A stretch of 64,000 nt of DNA from Marsupella aquatica (lineage: Eukaryota; Plantae; Marchantiophyta): contig OZ316899.1 in assembly GCA_973895155.1 (NCBI GenBank), positions 5,955,241-6,019,240 of the forward strand. Direction: 5' to 3'. The notes under the pieces are model-generated. The model saw nothing but the letters and a program-made list of their open reading frames with translations, was not told where the DNA came from and made no database searches. Numbering within the stretch: position 1 is the first letter of the stretch; every line of letters starts with the position of its first letter. The position numbers were made by a program, and so were the translations under genes. This document shows, in pieces, positions 24,737 through 36,619 of this stretch.

Positions 24737-26854
24737 TCAACATCTGGTATGGTTGCAACAAGCTAGGGGTTGATTAAACACAGGATGATGAGCTGATGCT
24801 TCTGACCAAGAGATGTGGTGAACATCTTCCAGCTGAATAAAATTACAATTCTTGGTCTGTTCAGAATATACCATTTGCACATTAGCTTCCCCTTTGGTTG
24901 GCTCTTTAGTAGGGTCTTGAGCAAATCTGACCATCATCTTTGGTTTGGGCGGGCTTGGGCATTCCACTGGTAAATGGCCTTCCTTTCCGCAGTTACCACA
25001 GATAGGGGTATAACCAACTTCTTGCTTAGGATAAGGGCATTGAGGAGAGTAATGGCCCTTTTGGCCGCAATTCCAGCAGGTACCTTGTTCTCGTGGTGCT
25101 CCCCTTGGTGGGTATCCACCAGGCGGTCCCATAGGGGGTCTAGGTACAGGTCTATTATATGATGATATGGGTCTGTTCATCGGCTTTTGTGATGCCCAAG
25201 TCATAGGTGCAGTTGCGGATGGAAAATACTGAGCAGGCTGATTTGTCTCAACTGCATAGGTAGGCTCAAACTCATATTCTTCCCCTTCTTGCTCGTTAAT
25301 ATAATGGATAGATGTTTTACCAACAGGACATTCATGAGTATAATGTCCTTGTTGATTACACCTAGTGCACCAAACATTTGCTCTCTGTGAGGGTGGAGGT
25401 TTCCGATAAGGTTTAACCCCAGCAAGGTTTACCAAAAGTTTAGAGAGTTGACCGGTAATTGAATCCACTACCCGGCTTAAGTTCTTAGCTTTTGTATTTA
25501 CAGCTGGTTTTACCATTCTCTTTTTCTTTTTCTTTACCTCTTCCTCTTCTGAGCTGGATTCAGATCCACTGCTACTAGAAGTCGTGTCAGATTCATCCTC
25601 ACTGCTGGATGTAGAACTATCATCATCATCTTCTGATGTGGTGGGAGAACCAGATTTATTAGATTTCCTCTTGCTTTTCTTTGTTTTCTTCTTTTTAGTT
25701 TTCCTACCTTTTCTCTGTGCCATTTCTGCATCGACATATTTTTGAGCTGCCTCTTGGGCTTCATCTAAGGTGGTGCCTCCTTCTCGTCAAACATATACAC
25801 CAATATTTTTAGGCAGTCCATTTATAAACCAATCCCGCACTGTGGATTTGGATGTTGCAGGATTATACTTATCTACTAGATCAAGTAGTTTGTCTGAATA
25901 TTTTCTCACCGATCCATATTTCTTCATCCTCATTCTGGAGATTTTAGTAAATGCTCGTGCAGATGCCCCATCCTCTTTGAATTTCTCCAGAAAGGCTCTT
26001 TTAACTTTATCCCAGTCATTTTTATCAGGAAATCGATCATACCATTTTTGGGCATTTTTCTTCATCAAACCTCCAAAGATGGATGCCTTTTCTACATCAA
26101 CACTCTGTCCGTTGGAGGTTGCAGATGCTTCAAATTCTTTTAAATAAACCTCTGCATCTTCTTTAGATGTACCCATAAATTTATCATACCTGATATTATT
26201 GCGGACCATGGTGTTTGCAGGGGTTGGAGAAAATAAGTTGGCAAGAATAGACCCTGACGTGGAAAGTGTAGAACTTGAAGTGGACTTAGTTGAAGTGCTT
26301 GGGCTACCCTGTGAACTGATAGATGTAGGTGAGAGGTCTTTAGTTTCTAAAGAATCTGTGGTTATAGTCCTTTGTACATGAACAGGAGTGTTAGAGAATT
26401 CCTCTGAGGCGTCTGGAATTAATTGGTCATTTATTTCTTGTTGAGCATTTGCAACAATTCTTTCCCTTGCAGGTTCTGTGGAATTCTGTCCACTTTCCCA
26501 TGTGCCTTGATCTCCAAGTATTTTAAAACCAGGAGTTCCTCGGTATTCCTCAAAACTAATCGACCTTTGTCTATGAATACTTTTCTTTTTAGGCTTAGGT
26601 GGTACAATTAATTTAGGACCAAACCTCAAATTTACAAATAAGGGTCTACTAGTGGCAGGACTTTCCATAGTTCCACCTTGCGTACTTTGCTGTATTAATG
26701 ATACTCTGGCGCTAACACTTCCTGTCTGAGGAAAATCTGGTGACTGAAAATCAGTGAGCAAATTTCTGGGTTCGACCTCTGCTTCTGAGTGTTCACTTTG
26801 TGAGGATGAAGCTCTTTTCTTCTTCTGCCAAATTGGTTGGCTTTTCTCAGACAT
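24737..26854 (-). pseudogene. gag: G2 gag with three CCHC zinc knuckles; one in-frame stop at 25787
   Basis: YDKFMG...AQKWY...DWDKVKRAFLEKF, WFINGLP; CTRCNQQGHYTHEC, CWNCGQKGHYSPQC, CGNCGKEGHLPVEC. Confidence 0.9.
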
Positions 26855-27260
26855 TCCTCATCTCGTCCTCTGGTACTGTCTTACCCCGGTTGACTGCCTT
26901 TATAAATCACTGAATCCAAGATGTACTCAAAAGGATTCAGGGAAGGTGTGATTCCTGCGGTCTAATTACATAAAAATCCAAGTGATAGAGGTCATCACCA
27001 ATTTGAATTGGTACCGACTTAAGCTCCCCCACAGGTTTAATCAATTTGCCATTGATCCAAAACTGTGTGTAAGTAGCCAGAAGTGGTGCAAGTGCCAGGC
27101 TTTGAGCCAGTCGAGCCGAAAGTAGATTGATTCTTAATCCTCTGTCTATAGAGACTTCTTTGATCAAGTGCCCCGCAAGCCTGACTTGAGATTCAAAAGA
27201 ACTCTGAATGGATCTTGCGAACACATTGGAGGGATGCATCGTGGCTTTAACTGTGAACAT
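26847..27260 (-). pseudogene. Extra retropepsin-like ORF upstream of G2 gag
   Basis: VSIDRGLRINLLS...PVGELKSVPIQIG...LDFYVI...SHLP*ILLSTSW aligns motif by motif with the pol protease. Two TGA stops. Its final stop overlaps the gag start (AATGTCTGA). Confidence 0.7.
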
Positions 27261-27569
27261 GTCGTTTCAAAGCTTAAGCTCCGAAAAGCCTCTAGTTCCT
27301 GGTGACGAGCAGTCGCCTCTCCTTCTTCCCGGAGGTGCGTTCTGGATGGATCTCCCTTAGTTGAGGGCGATAGTTTGCGGTATACCGTAGCTCAGAGTCT
27401 CAAAGGATGCGCTTCTTCCGCAGTGGCGTCGGGAAGTTCGAGCAGGTGCGACAGTTCAGGTCTCCGAGCTCAGAAGCGTAGAGGCATCTTGGCGCATTAG
27501 CGCCATTTCACCCAGATACCACGTTTCGCTCTATCGACACCTCCTTACATCTGACTCACATACGTATTC

Positions 27570-30140
27570 TAAAAAAATCCTGTATACCATAACAATACTT
27601 ATCTGATTCTACTACCCCTCTGAACTTCACTTCGGAGTATTGCACTAGCCAATTCTGCAATGGATATTACAGTATACCTTTCTCCTGTAATCCTACCATT
27701 TAATTTTAGCATAACCAAATGCAAATTGGATCCTTCCCACCAAGTTATGGATAACCAATGCACTCCACATCTACCCCTCACACTTAAAACCCAAGTTTGC
27801 ACATATCTATTGTGTAGATTCCTAACTCGTAAGGACCCTAATGACCTAATGGGTGGGGGCATTCTACTTAAAATTCTACAACTTAAATTTTTGGCCACAC
27901 AGCCTAATTTCTTAATTTCCTAACATAATGTTTCTTCCTAATTCAATCCAATGTCTCCTATTATAAAAAGTTTTAACATATCTTGCATCAATGATTCAAT
28001 TCACAACTCTGACTCCTAATTTCTCACTCTTCCTCCTACATTAGGAAAACCATGTCTCTAGATTAAGTTCAGAATTTTCCCTTAACCTAAAAATTCACTC
28101 TTCCCTAACTAGCATAAATTTCTCCTAACTTGCTATAAAATTCCAAAGGATTACAAATTCTTCATTCCCTTAATTAACTAAGCACCCTTACATCTTTCTT
28201 TCTTGGCTTTAATTTCCCTCCTCTTTCTTCTTACGGATGGAAGGGCTTCCTCCCTTATCACCTCTACAAATGCTCCAGGGGCATTTTCCAGGGTGTATGG
28301 TCGCACTTCAAACACTGCAATTTGCCATTCCTCCAATACATCCAGTAGAATAGGACTGCCAAGAAAATTTAACTTTTAATTTGGCATCGACTGCTAGCCT
28401 CCCTCTTGTACTTCTTCTCAAAGAGGTTGATTAATTAGGACTTTGAGAAGGATGATCTTCCTATAGGAAAATTGGAGCTTCCTTGGTAATTCACCTCTCT
28501 CCCTTTTGTATACAAGGTCATTAAAAAGAACAGCACCAATGACTTCTTTGCAGTTGGATTCTTTCTCCTCCTTCTTGCATTGGTTCCTCTTCGTTCTTCT
28601 TAAAAATCCCTCTTCTACTTAGGGTCCACAATTAATTTAATCATTCACTGCCTGAATGAAAAATCATTCCTAAATCTGTTCCCCGGCAGCGGCACCAAAA
28701 ATTGTATGTAGTATCACACAAGGGACATAAATAAACATTTAAGATCCAAAACTCGGTATTCGTTCCCATGGAAGAACATGTAAGGAATGATTTTCTATGA
28801 TTTAGCACTTTTGAATGACTTAAGTAACAAAAACACAAAGGTGAGCCTTTTACTATGGTTGCTCAGCAAGACATAGTTTTGAATGTTTGCTTAACATTGT
28901 AAATAAATTAACAAATGGAAACAATTAACAAAACACAATGAAAATCTTGAGGTATGGTGAGGGAGTTAGGAAACAACCAAGGTGACTCATCAACATAACT
29001 TCATTTGATATGATTTAGGTGGTATATCCGCAAGAATATTTCTGGAAAGGATCACGGTACTAGGATGATTACTAAAATGTCGTCAACATGTCTCAACTTT
29101 TCCTTCCAAGGTACTGAGTGGAGACTAGTAATCAATCACTTCTGTATCCAATCGGTACTTTGTGTCACAAATAAGAGATACCATCATGATCAAATTTGAA
29201 GCCATAAGTACTTGGTAAGCAACAATCTTTGCATCCCGTGCACAAGCAATGTCACGTCAAAACCTATGCATCAAGAATTAAGGAATATGTGAAACATCAC
29301 CAACAAGGAATCTATTTCCACATACTCAACAGATTTAACAATCACAATAATTTTACTTCAAGGGTCCAAACTTCTCATTCATTTAGACTTGAAGAGGGAA
29401 GAATTCATTTGTATTAAGTACTCATATGCAATGGAGTGCTTGCTACAAATGGAGGTAACAAAGTTGCAATCTTGCAACTAAGCGCTCATGAAATTTCTTC
29501 ACACCATAAATGACATGAGAACTACTACTTATATGCTAGGAGGAACAAAAAGGGAAAACAAATAATGAAAGGACATGCCCTTTCTTATCTCAAGGGTCAT
29601 GGTCAAAGTAAAAGTAACAAAAGTGTACTACAGGAGTACTTATGGTTCAGTGGAATGTTACTGGAATGAAAAACTAACTAAAAGATATTTCAGGGGTTAA
29701 CTATTGTAAAAGGGAATTTGTGGTAAAGCTAATGAATAGGGGTTTTATCCAAATTTTAATTTCTAAACTAAAAGTCATAAAAAGGTGAGACTTTGCTGAA
29801 GTGGTCTCTGATGTATATTCTTCATGCTGGAAAAATATGAGACTTTTCTGAGGTGCCTAAGTGTCTCAATAAAATAGGTAAAAGTGTTAAAAATGTTACA
29901 GAAAACGAAAACCGGAAAATTATCTAAGTGCTGGGCGCATAAGCGCATTCGCGTCTAAGCAGAAAACAACAAAACAAAAATATTTTTAACTTTCAAACCA
30001 CATATCGGTTTGAGTTGAAATTTTCAGGGTAGGTTCTATTACATAAGGGCTACCTCCTGGAAAAAAGTATGAGATTTTTTTGACTACTTTAAATATTTAA
30101 CTAAAATTGTGTAGCTCTATATAACTTAACTATGGTCGCA
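27570..30140 (-). mobile_element. Athila-like retrotransposon fragment (LTR ~28703-30140, PBS and degenerate 5' internal region) nested in G2
   Basis: tRNA-Asp-type PBS next to ...TACA; AT-rich LTR-like sequence. Outer boundaries approximate; no TSD found. Confidence 0.6.
28680..28697 (-). other. Primer binding site, tRNA-Asp type
   Basis: TGGTGCCGCTGCCGGGGA; 16/18 match to the Athila-type PBS TGGCGCCGTTGCCGGGGA. Confidence 0.8.
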
Positions 30141-32823
30141 GTAGAGCTAATCTTGTTGGAGTAGTGCCGTCGGATCTGGTTGCTGAGCTCTGGTGTAGGT
30201 GCTGGTCTGCATAGCTTCTCGAATTGTATCCATATCTTGAGTGTGATGCCGATAGAAAGGTAAGGACTTCCGCTATCGTTCAAGATCAAGTACAGGAAGT
30301 GGCCTTCGGTGTAGCATGGTATTTACCTTGCTAGCTTGCATGTAAATACCAATGAAGTCGTAAGTGCAGCAAGTAGCATGGTAGTTTTGAGAAAACTTGG
30401 CCATGAATATCTCGGAGTCTCTGGCAAGTGGTAGAAATGAAGTAACTCTAGGTAGGAGTTCACGCCACTTCAGAATATACTTTGTTAATCGCTGAGAAGT
30501 AATGTTATTCCAGATCCTCTGCTTCTTAGAGACTGGAGTAACAAATCGTTGGAGGACAACAGGCTGGACTGGAGAAGCTTCATGATTCATCTGAAATCTC
30601 CTCTTGGTTTGTCTTAAGAAGACAATGATGAACTCCAGGACATAAGCAGGTAGATTCCCGAAATAAGCTAGAGCGAGATCTCCATTCTCCAATACAAGGT
30701 GTCCAACAAGGATCATGACAGCGAGAACAGGGCAAAAATACTCAGCTTCTGTCTAGATCTCATCCATTTATGCTATCTCCAAGCGAGTGACCTCTAGCAG
30801 ATGAAGTTTCAAGATATAAAGGCATTCAACCCTCTTCTTATGGTAATATTTCCAAAACTCTAAAATAGGAGGGGATCTAAGGTCTGAGACTCTAACAAAC
30901 TCAGCAAACTGTTTAATACTTTCCTGAGGGGTTTTTGGATCAATATGCAGGGTAGGGATAAAATTAACTTGGCATGATTTGTCTTGATTGGGTGGAAGAG
31001 TGTCAGGGAAAGAAATGGCAAGATGTGCACCTGCAGGAGTGATCTCAGGTTCTAGAAAACTAGGAAAAAGTTGGTTTGGTTGATTTGAAGGACTATAAGG
31101 AGAGGTAGGTGAATGGCTAGAAGGAGAACTAGAATAAGAAATGGGAGAGCCTGATGCTGAGGTATGATAGCGAACTGCAGAGTAAACTTGCTTGGTATTG
31201 CAGCCGAACATCTGAGTGAATCTATGGACGAGATCTTCACAGTATTCCAAGTGGTGGTCGTGGCTTGAAATACGTGATAATCTATACATAACCTCATCTA
31301 ATACTTCGATCAAATGATCAGGATCACACTCCAACATCTTGCAAATCTCACCTCCAAGATTAAAGTAGTACTCAGCTGAATGTCGGGGTGAAGTATTCAC
31401 AATTTGTTGAAGATCCGTTCCCAACGGTGGTAATCTCTCATCTATTGGGGATCCCATGATAGTGTCGAGATTCTCGATATCTGTTGGAGAAAGGTGATGT
31501 ATAGTCCTAGGGGCTTCTGATTGTCCTTTGATGAACGGATGTTTTGATTGGATAGGACTCTGGGTGGGTGAATAAATGGAAGTGGGACTGTATGGAGTAA
31601 TACAGTTACAGGTTGGCGAGGGTTGAGTAACAGAAGCAATCTTAATCTATCTACAATAGGGAGGATTTCTTCTGGATCACAGGTCAACATTCTAGACAAA
31701 CTGTCTACTATATCTCGATTAAAAACAACCTTCCCATCATCAATCAATTTCTCTGGATGATTATGTTTACTGGCAGGAATAACAGGGAGAGGAGTGTGGT
31801 CGGTCGGACTACTATTAGTATGGTAAGGTGTAATCTCAACGTGAGGATTAATATCCTCATCCATAAGTTCCAGAGCAGGTGGCATAATTTCTTGGTGACT
31901 AGCTTCGGATGTTTCCTCCATTCTCAGATCATTGAGTCTCGAATCAGTCTCCGAATGTTCCACATCTAATTCCTCCAATAGTGCAATCCTTTTGAGCTTC
32001 TCCTTTTGTATTTCTTGTCCCAACGAACATTGGATCAGATAAAGTACTCTTTCCAGATTGTAAACCACAGCCTTCTGATGAACAACTAAAAGCGTCGGCC
32101 ACGAACTCTAAGTCCCACTTCTCAAGATCTACTCGAACAGTCTCATGAAACGCTTCTGGAATTTGTGACCCATCAACGAACTCGCGCAAGTAGGTAGGAC
32201 ACACAGAAAACCACGGAATGGATAGAAGTTTTCCCAGGTGCATAACTTCTAGAGCATCGGTCAATAACATCAAATCCCTCTCGAGTGCGGGGTACTTCAC
32301 CGGTATAGCTCTAGGAACAGGGAAGTCGCAACTCATCTCATCCACGCCCACAGCTATGGTTCTTGAAGTTGAGTCACTTACAAAAATCTAAGTCGCAAAA
32401 CGATGACGCGTATTGGCGTGATCGCACATGAGCGTATAAATGCCACAACGCTCAAGCGTCTTTGCGTATGGGCGTGAATGTCGAGGCCTTTGGTAGCAAA
32501 CAGGGAAGTGAAAATGTTTGTCACGAGCAGGTGGTCTAGTGAGTCACTCTGTTACTTCCTCCTCATTGTCAACGGCTACTTTTGGTTTCCGGCAGGGTGG
32601 GCTGCATATACGCGTCTTAGCGGATTAGCTGCTACTGTGACTCTGATTTGACATGGCTGTAAAAGTAACTAGTTTTAGGAGACTACAGGGATGTACTTGA
32701 GGATGGCTTAACTACTCTAATGCTCCTAATTAATATAGATAACATGAGGCGAATCACTACTTATCTCAAAAAGTTGAAAATTTTAAAGTTTTCACAAAAA
32801 TTCTAAATAACTGCTATATCACA
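30140..32823 (-). repeat. G2 5' LTR (at least 2.7 kb; distal end lost) containing the frameshifted accessory ORF
   Basis: Homology to the 3' LTR ends exactly at TGTGA (32823). Consecutive minus-strand ORFs 31944-32351, 31442-32068, 30768-31457 and 30273-30716. The part left of 31978 is assigned by ORF continuity only. Confidence 0.7.
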
Positions 32824-33522
32824 CTAAATACATTCAAAGTGTGAGTAAATTGTGATATATAATTGACTATTGTTTATTAAAAGTAGTTTGTTGTGTGTGT
32901 ATGTGATGCATGTGTAGGATTAGTGGGAGGGAGTAGAGTAGGGGATGGCGGATTGGCAAATTGAGATTTATGCTCAATCAGGGGTTCAATTCCCCTCCGT
33001 CATGTGGACATCATCATGTATGAGTCTGTGAAGGAAGGTAGAGATGTGGACATCATCATGCGGGAGTTTGTGAAAAAAGGTAGAGTACCGATGCCTTGAA
33101 TAGGCAACCTATGGTGTTCGGTTACCTATTCATAGTATCTGGCACCCACCATGCTTCACTATTCAAGAGTGAGAACTACCATGTTTCACTATTCAAGAGT
33201 GAAAATTACAAGTTGTTGGGTGATGATGAATGCAATTTACAAGATATTCAGCTTCATGATGTAAATTCATTGAATGTATTGGAAATGCGCATCAATTTGC
33301 ACAATTGGCTCTACACTATTGAGGTACTTTACTTTCCTTAATAGGCATTTTTTAAATCATCATGAAACTTTCCATAAAGTCTTATAGGGGTAAACAATTC
33401 AAAAAATGGTCGCTTTTCAGAAAGTAAGGGAGTGGGGGAAAAAAAATTCACTTAAAAGTTAGAGGGTCCAGACCCTAAAACGTCGCACGTGATGTAGAGC
33501 CCTACATACAGTGACCCCCCCG

Positions 33523-35216
33523 AGGGTATGCCCTCCACATGATGGAACCACGGGGCAAAATATCCGCCGCCTAGGCCATACAAGTGGAGAACTTTTGGCC
33601 TAGGAAGTGGGTGTCCTTCTTCGTTAAGAAGTTCCACGAGGAGATGGAGCGGAGAAGGAAGACCTTATACCTTGGCGGAAAGGCGTACTTTGCAAGCCAC
33701 ATCAAGATCATCATCAAGTGGTACGCCCGTTTTGACGCCGAAGCCTTCCCCGTAGCAACGAGGTGTTTACAAAAGACAGCAAACAGGAAACAAGATTTAA
33801 TAACAGAAACTGGTAACAGGAAAATGGGTGGAAATGTTTTGAATTTTTTTTGAATTTTTTTTGAATTTTTTTTGTGAATTGTTTTTTTTTCGGTCGACCA
33901 GTTTTTTTTGCTAGCGCCCAGCGCTGCTAATAGTAGCGCCCAAAGCTAGCCAAAAATGTTGCATTGTTAATTTTTTTGGAAATAACATGTTTTAGGAGAC
34001 ATTTTTAAATTGACATTTTTCCTGGTAACAGCATATTAAAAACAGGAAAAAAATCCTGTTTACCTGTTTCCTGTCTCCGTTGCTATACCCGTAGCAACGA
34101 GACGGAATTGACTCCATCAAAGTGGGTGTTCCCGGCTTAGGAAAGGTGACTGCAGCCCGAGACCCAAAACCTGGCTGTCGCAAGACCTGCTTCCCCGACC
34201 CCGCCACCGCCCCGCCAAGCATACCCATGGACGCAGTTATCACGACCTTGGAAGCAATCAACCAGGTCAACGCAATCAAAGCCGGGCCGGCTGAGGCCAG
34301 ACCCGAACCCGATACTACGGTGGCTGAGGAAATCCCATCACCTCCCACGATTGCGCAAGAGGACCACCCAGCCCCTTTGACTGACTTACCTCAAGGGCTG
34401 GATGTTTCCACTCCTACTCCCTCGCGGGCTGAGGTCTGCCCGTGCCCAAATCCAGATGGGCATAGTCTAGATCACCCGAAACTCTTTGCGTCGGGCACGT
34501 TTCTAAACGGGTTGTTGGGAGATTTCTCTCAACAAATTGCACGGGATACCGGGGAATACATGGCACGGAAGGTGGCCTACTTCTTCAACCAGGAGTTGGT
34601 TGCGGCTATAAAGGCAGGACATGTGCAAGCTGAGATGACGTAGAGAATAGAGCAATACCGGGTTGAATCTGTCTACCTGAAGGACAAAGTGGCAGCCCTG
34701 GAGACTGAACTCCAGCAACTGCGACCTCAGGTTACGGCCACGGAGGATCAGGTTGCCGAGGCCAGGGCCCGGGCAGCCTTAGCAGAGCAGGCCGGGCTCA
34801 AAAAGGAGTCTGAGATCGCACGGCTCTGGAAGAAGATTGATGGTTTGAAGGGACAAGCCGTCACTTGGCAGAAAGATCTGGAGGAAGCTGACTCTCGATC
34901 TCAGTGGGACGTAGCCAAGATTGACACCCTAAAGACAGAGGTGGCGTGGCTTCAAGGAGAAGCCACGAAGCAGGCCCAGTTGGCAGATAAGCTGACGAGC
35001 GACGTCCAGCAACTGGAGGAGGCATGTCAGGAGGCTACGGAAGAGACAAACGCGGCAAAGCGTGAGAACAAATCTCTGCTGGACCAGGTCCAGCTACTCA
35101 AGCAAGATGCCAACAGGCTCAGGAGGCAGTGGGATAGTCGCTCCCACTCGGGCGGCTCTGGCAAGTGTGCCAGGCATTAGCGGCAAAGTAGGATTAAAAT
35201 AGAGTTAGGAGTAGCT
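33523..35216 (+). repeat. Fragment of a G3-family LTR (probable 5' LTR) with the C-terminal part of the accessory ORF
   Basis: Colinear with 54962-56342, with scattered substitutions and indels. Contains the MITE insertion. Confidence 0.8.
33760..34090. mobile_element. MULE-derived MITE, copy 1 (331 bp)
   Basis: Perfect 8-bp TSD GTAGCAAC (33752-33759 and 34091-34098). Ends GAGGTGTTTAC...GCTATACCC. Empty site at about 55205. Confidence 0.95.
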
Positions 35217-35280
35217 TTAAACACTAATTCTTCCCTACGATTAACTCAACATAACCCTTCTCTATTTGTTCATTTTTGCA

Positions 35281-36580
35281 TTAACCGATTAATCGTCCAA
35301 CAACAGAGTAATCTAGTAACTCGTTTTCATACTCTGAACCTGTAATTTCCGTTGAATGTTCTTCAATGTCTACTTCTTCTTTCCATTTCCTGGGTATGAT
35401 TGACTCAGTTAATACTAATCCTTCCCTATATACAATTTCTATAAATCCACACCACTCACGATAAGTGAAAATACAAATTGGAATACTCTCTTCCCTTAGC
35501 CAACGAGTAATTAGGTGCAAACCAATCGAACAGATCCACAATTCAATTGGCCTGAGCCTAGTTAGTGAGGAATTCTCCCTATCCTCGTTGTTAGTATTCA
35601 CACTTCCAGTGATTGTGATCTGATTAGATCCAATCGTCTCATCGATGCTCCCACCAGGAGTTCAATCAATTACTTATGCGATGGAGTAGATCAAGAAAAG
35701 CTATTTGTAAGTAGAATGTCAATTCAATGATTACTCCATTATGCTACAGGTGTATGACAATTAGATTGTCATTCTTGAAACACACACACTTCAGCCAGAC
35801 TCCACTACTTATGAGTTGTCTGTTGGTTTGATTCCGTAAGGTGTTACGCTGGCGTCTCCAATAACTCAGCCACTGTCAACTTCTTCCGGGGGTTATCGTC
35901 TCCAAACGATCTTGACCTCTTCAATGTGATCATCTTCATTTTCACTGGTAACGAATAATGATTAGCGTCAACTCTAGTCCACTTGAACTTCAGCTCTCTC
36001 TCATACCCACTCCACTCCGCTGTTGCTCTCAACTTCCTGGCTAGGCGTAGGTAAGGTCTCTGATTTAGTAATGCCCTTATAGTTGCCAAGGTCTCACTCC
36101 TCTTCCATTTTGCCCAACTTCCATGCGTTTTCAACAAAACATGCAACTTTCTTGTTAAGTGATTCTCAATATAGGGAATGGCATTGTGTTTGAGTACGGT
36201 ATCTGTGGCTATCCATGTTGAAGTGTACCCATTTGTGCAGCCTATAACCACCGCTTGATAGGGAAACGACTTTCTTCTTTCTTCCCGCCAATTGGTTGCT
36301 AAACACCTCCAATCATTAACATGAAAAATTTCAGACAGATCCTCTTTAGATAGTGTAATCGACTGCATCTGATACGGCTTGATATGAATTGAGGTTTTTA
36401 AACCCAATGTTGGCTCATTTATGTACCTTACCACTTCCTTGTTTTTCCCGTCCGGTTTCTTTCCCGTTAATCGTCGTGTCTCTTTGTATGATCATAACCA
36501 TTCTGTGATTTGTGCTGTCGTACCCTTTGCCTTCCTTTCGTGTGATAGCTTCCATTTCCTGTTTCTGTCCTTTACCTCTT
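35281..36580 (-). pseudogene. Unidentified degenerate coding sequence
   Basis: 196-aa and 106-aa ORFs; the first extends upstream through a TGA. No recognisable motif. Confidence 0.3.
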
Positions 36581-36619
36581 GCCGCCAAGATCCGGCCCAG
36601 GTAAGGCAATGCACTCTAG

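Larger units (their letters stand above)
19616..32823 (-). mobile_element. Ty3/Gypsy LTR retrotransposon G2 (non-chromovirus; Athila/Phygy-like)
   Basis: gag-PR-RT-RH-INT order, PPT, and two near-identical LTR copies that both start TGTGATATAGCAG (at 20769 and 32823). Confidence 0.9.

Noticed and set aside
27505-27525. TGGTATC or TGGCGCT on the minus strand as the G2 PBS
   Set aside because: Only about 7 nt match a tRNA end and there is no adjacent CA LTR terminus.
32945-33003. Functional tRNA gene (apparent UUA anticodon)
   Set aside because: No D arm and non-canonical anticodon-loop bases; kept only as a possible SINE head.
35844-36434. Penelope-like RT C-terminus, suggested by NGYTSTWI
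   Set aside because: A single weak motif; no RT core or GIY-YIG motifs nearby.
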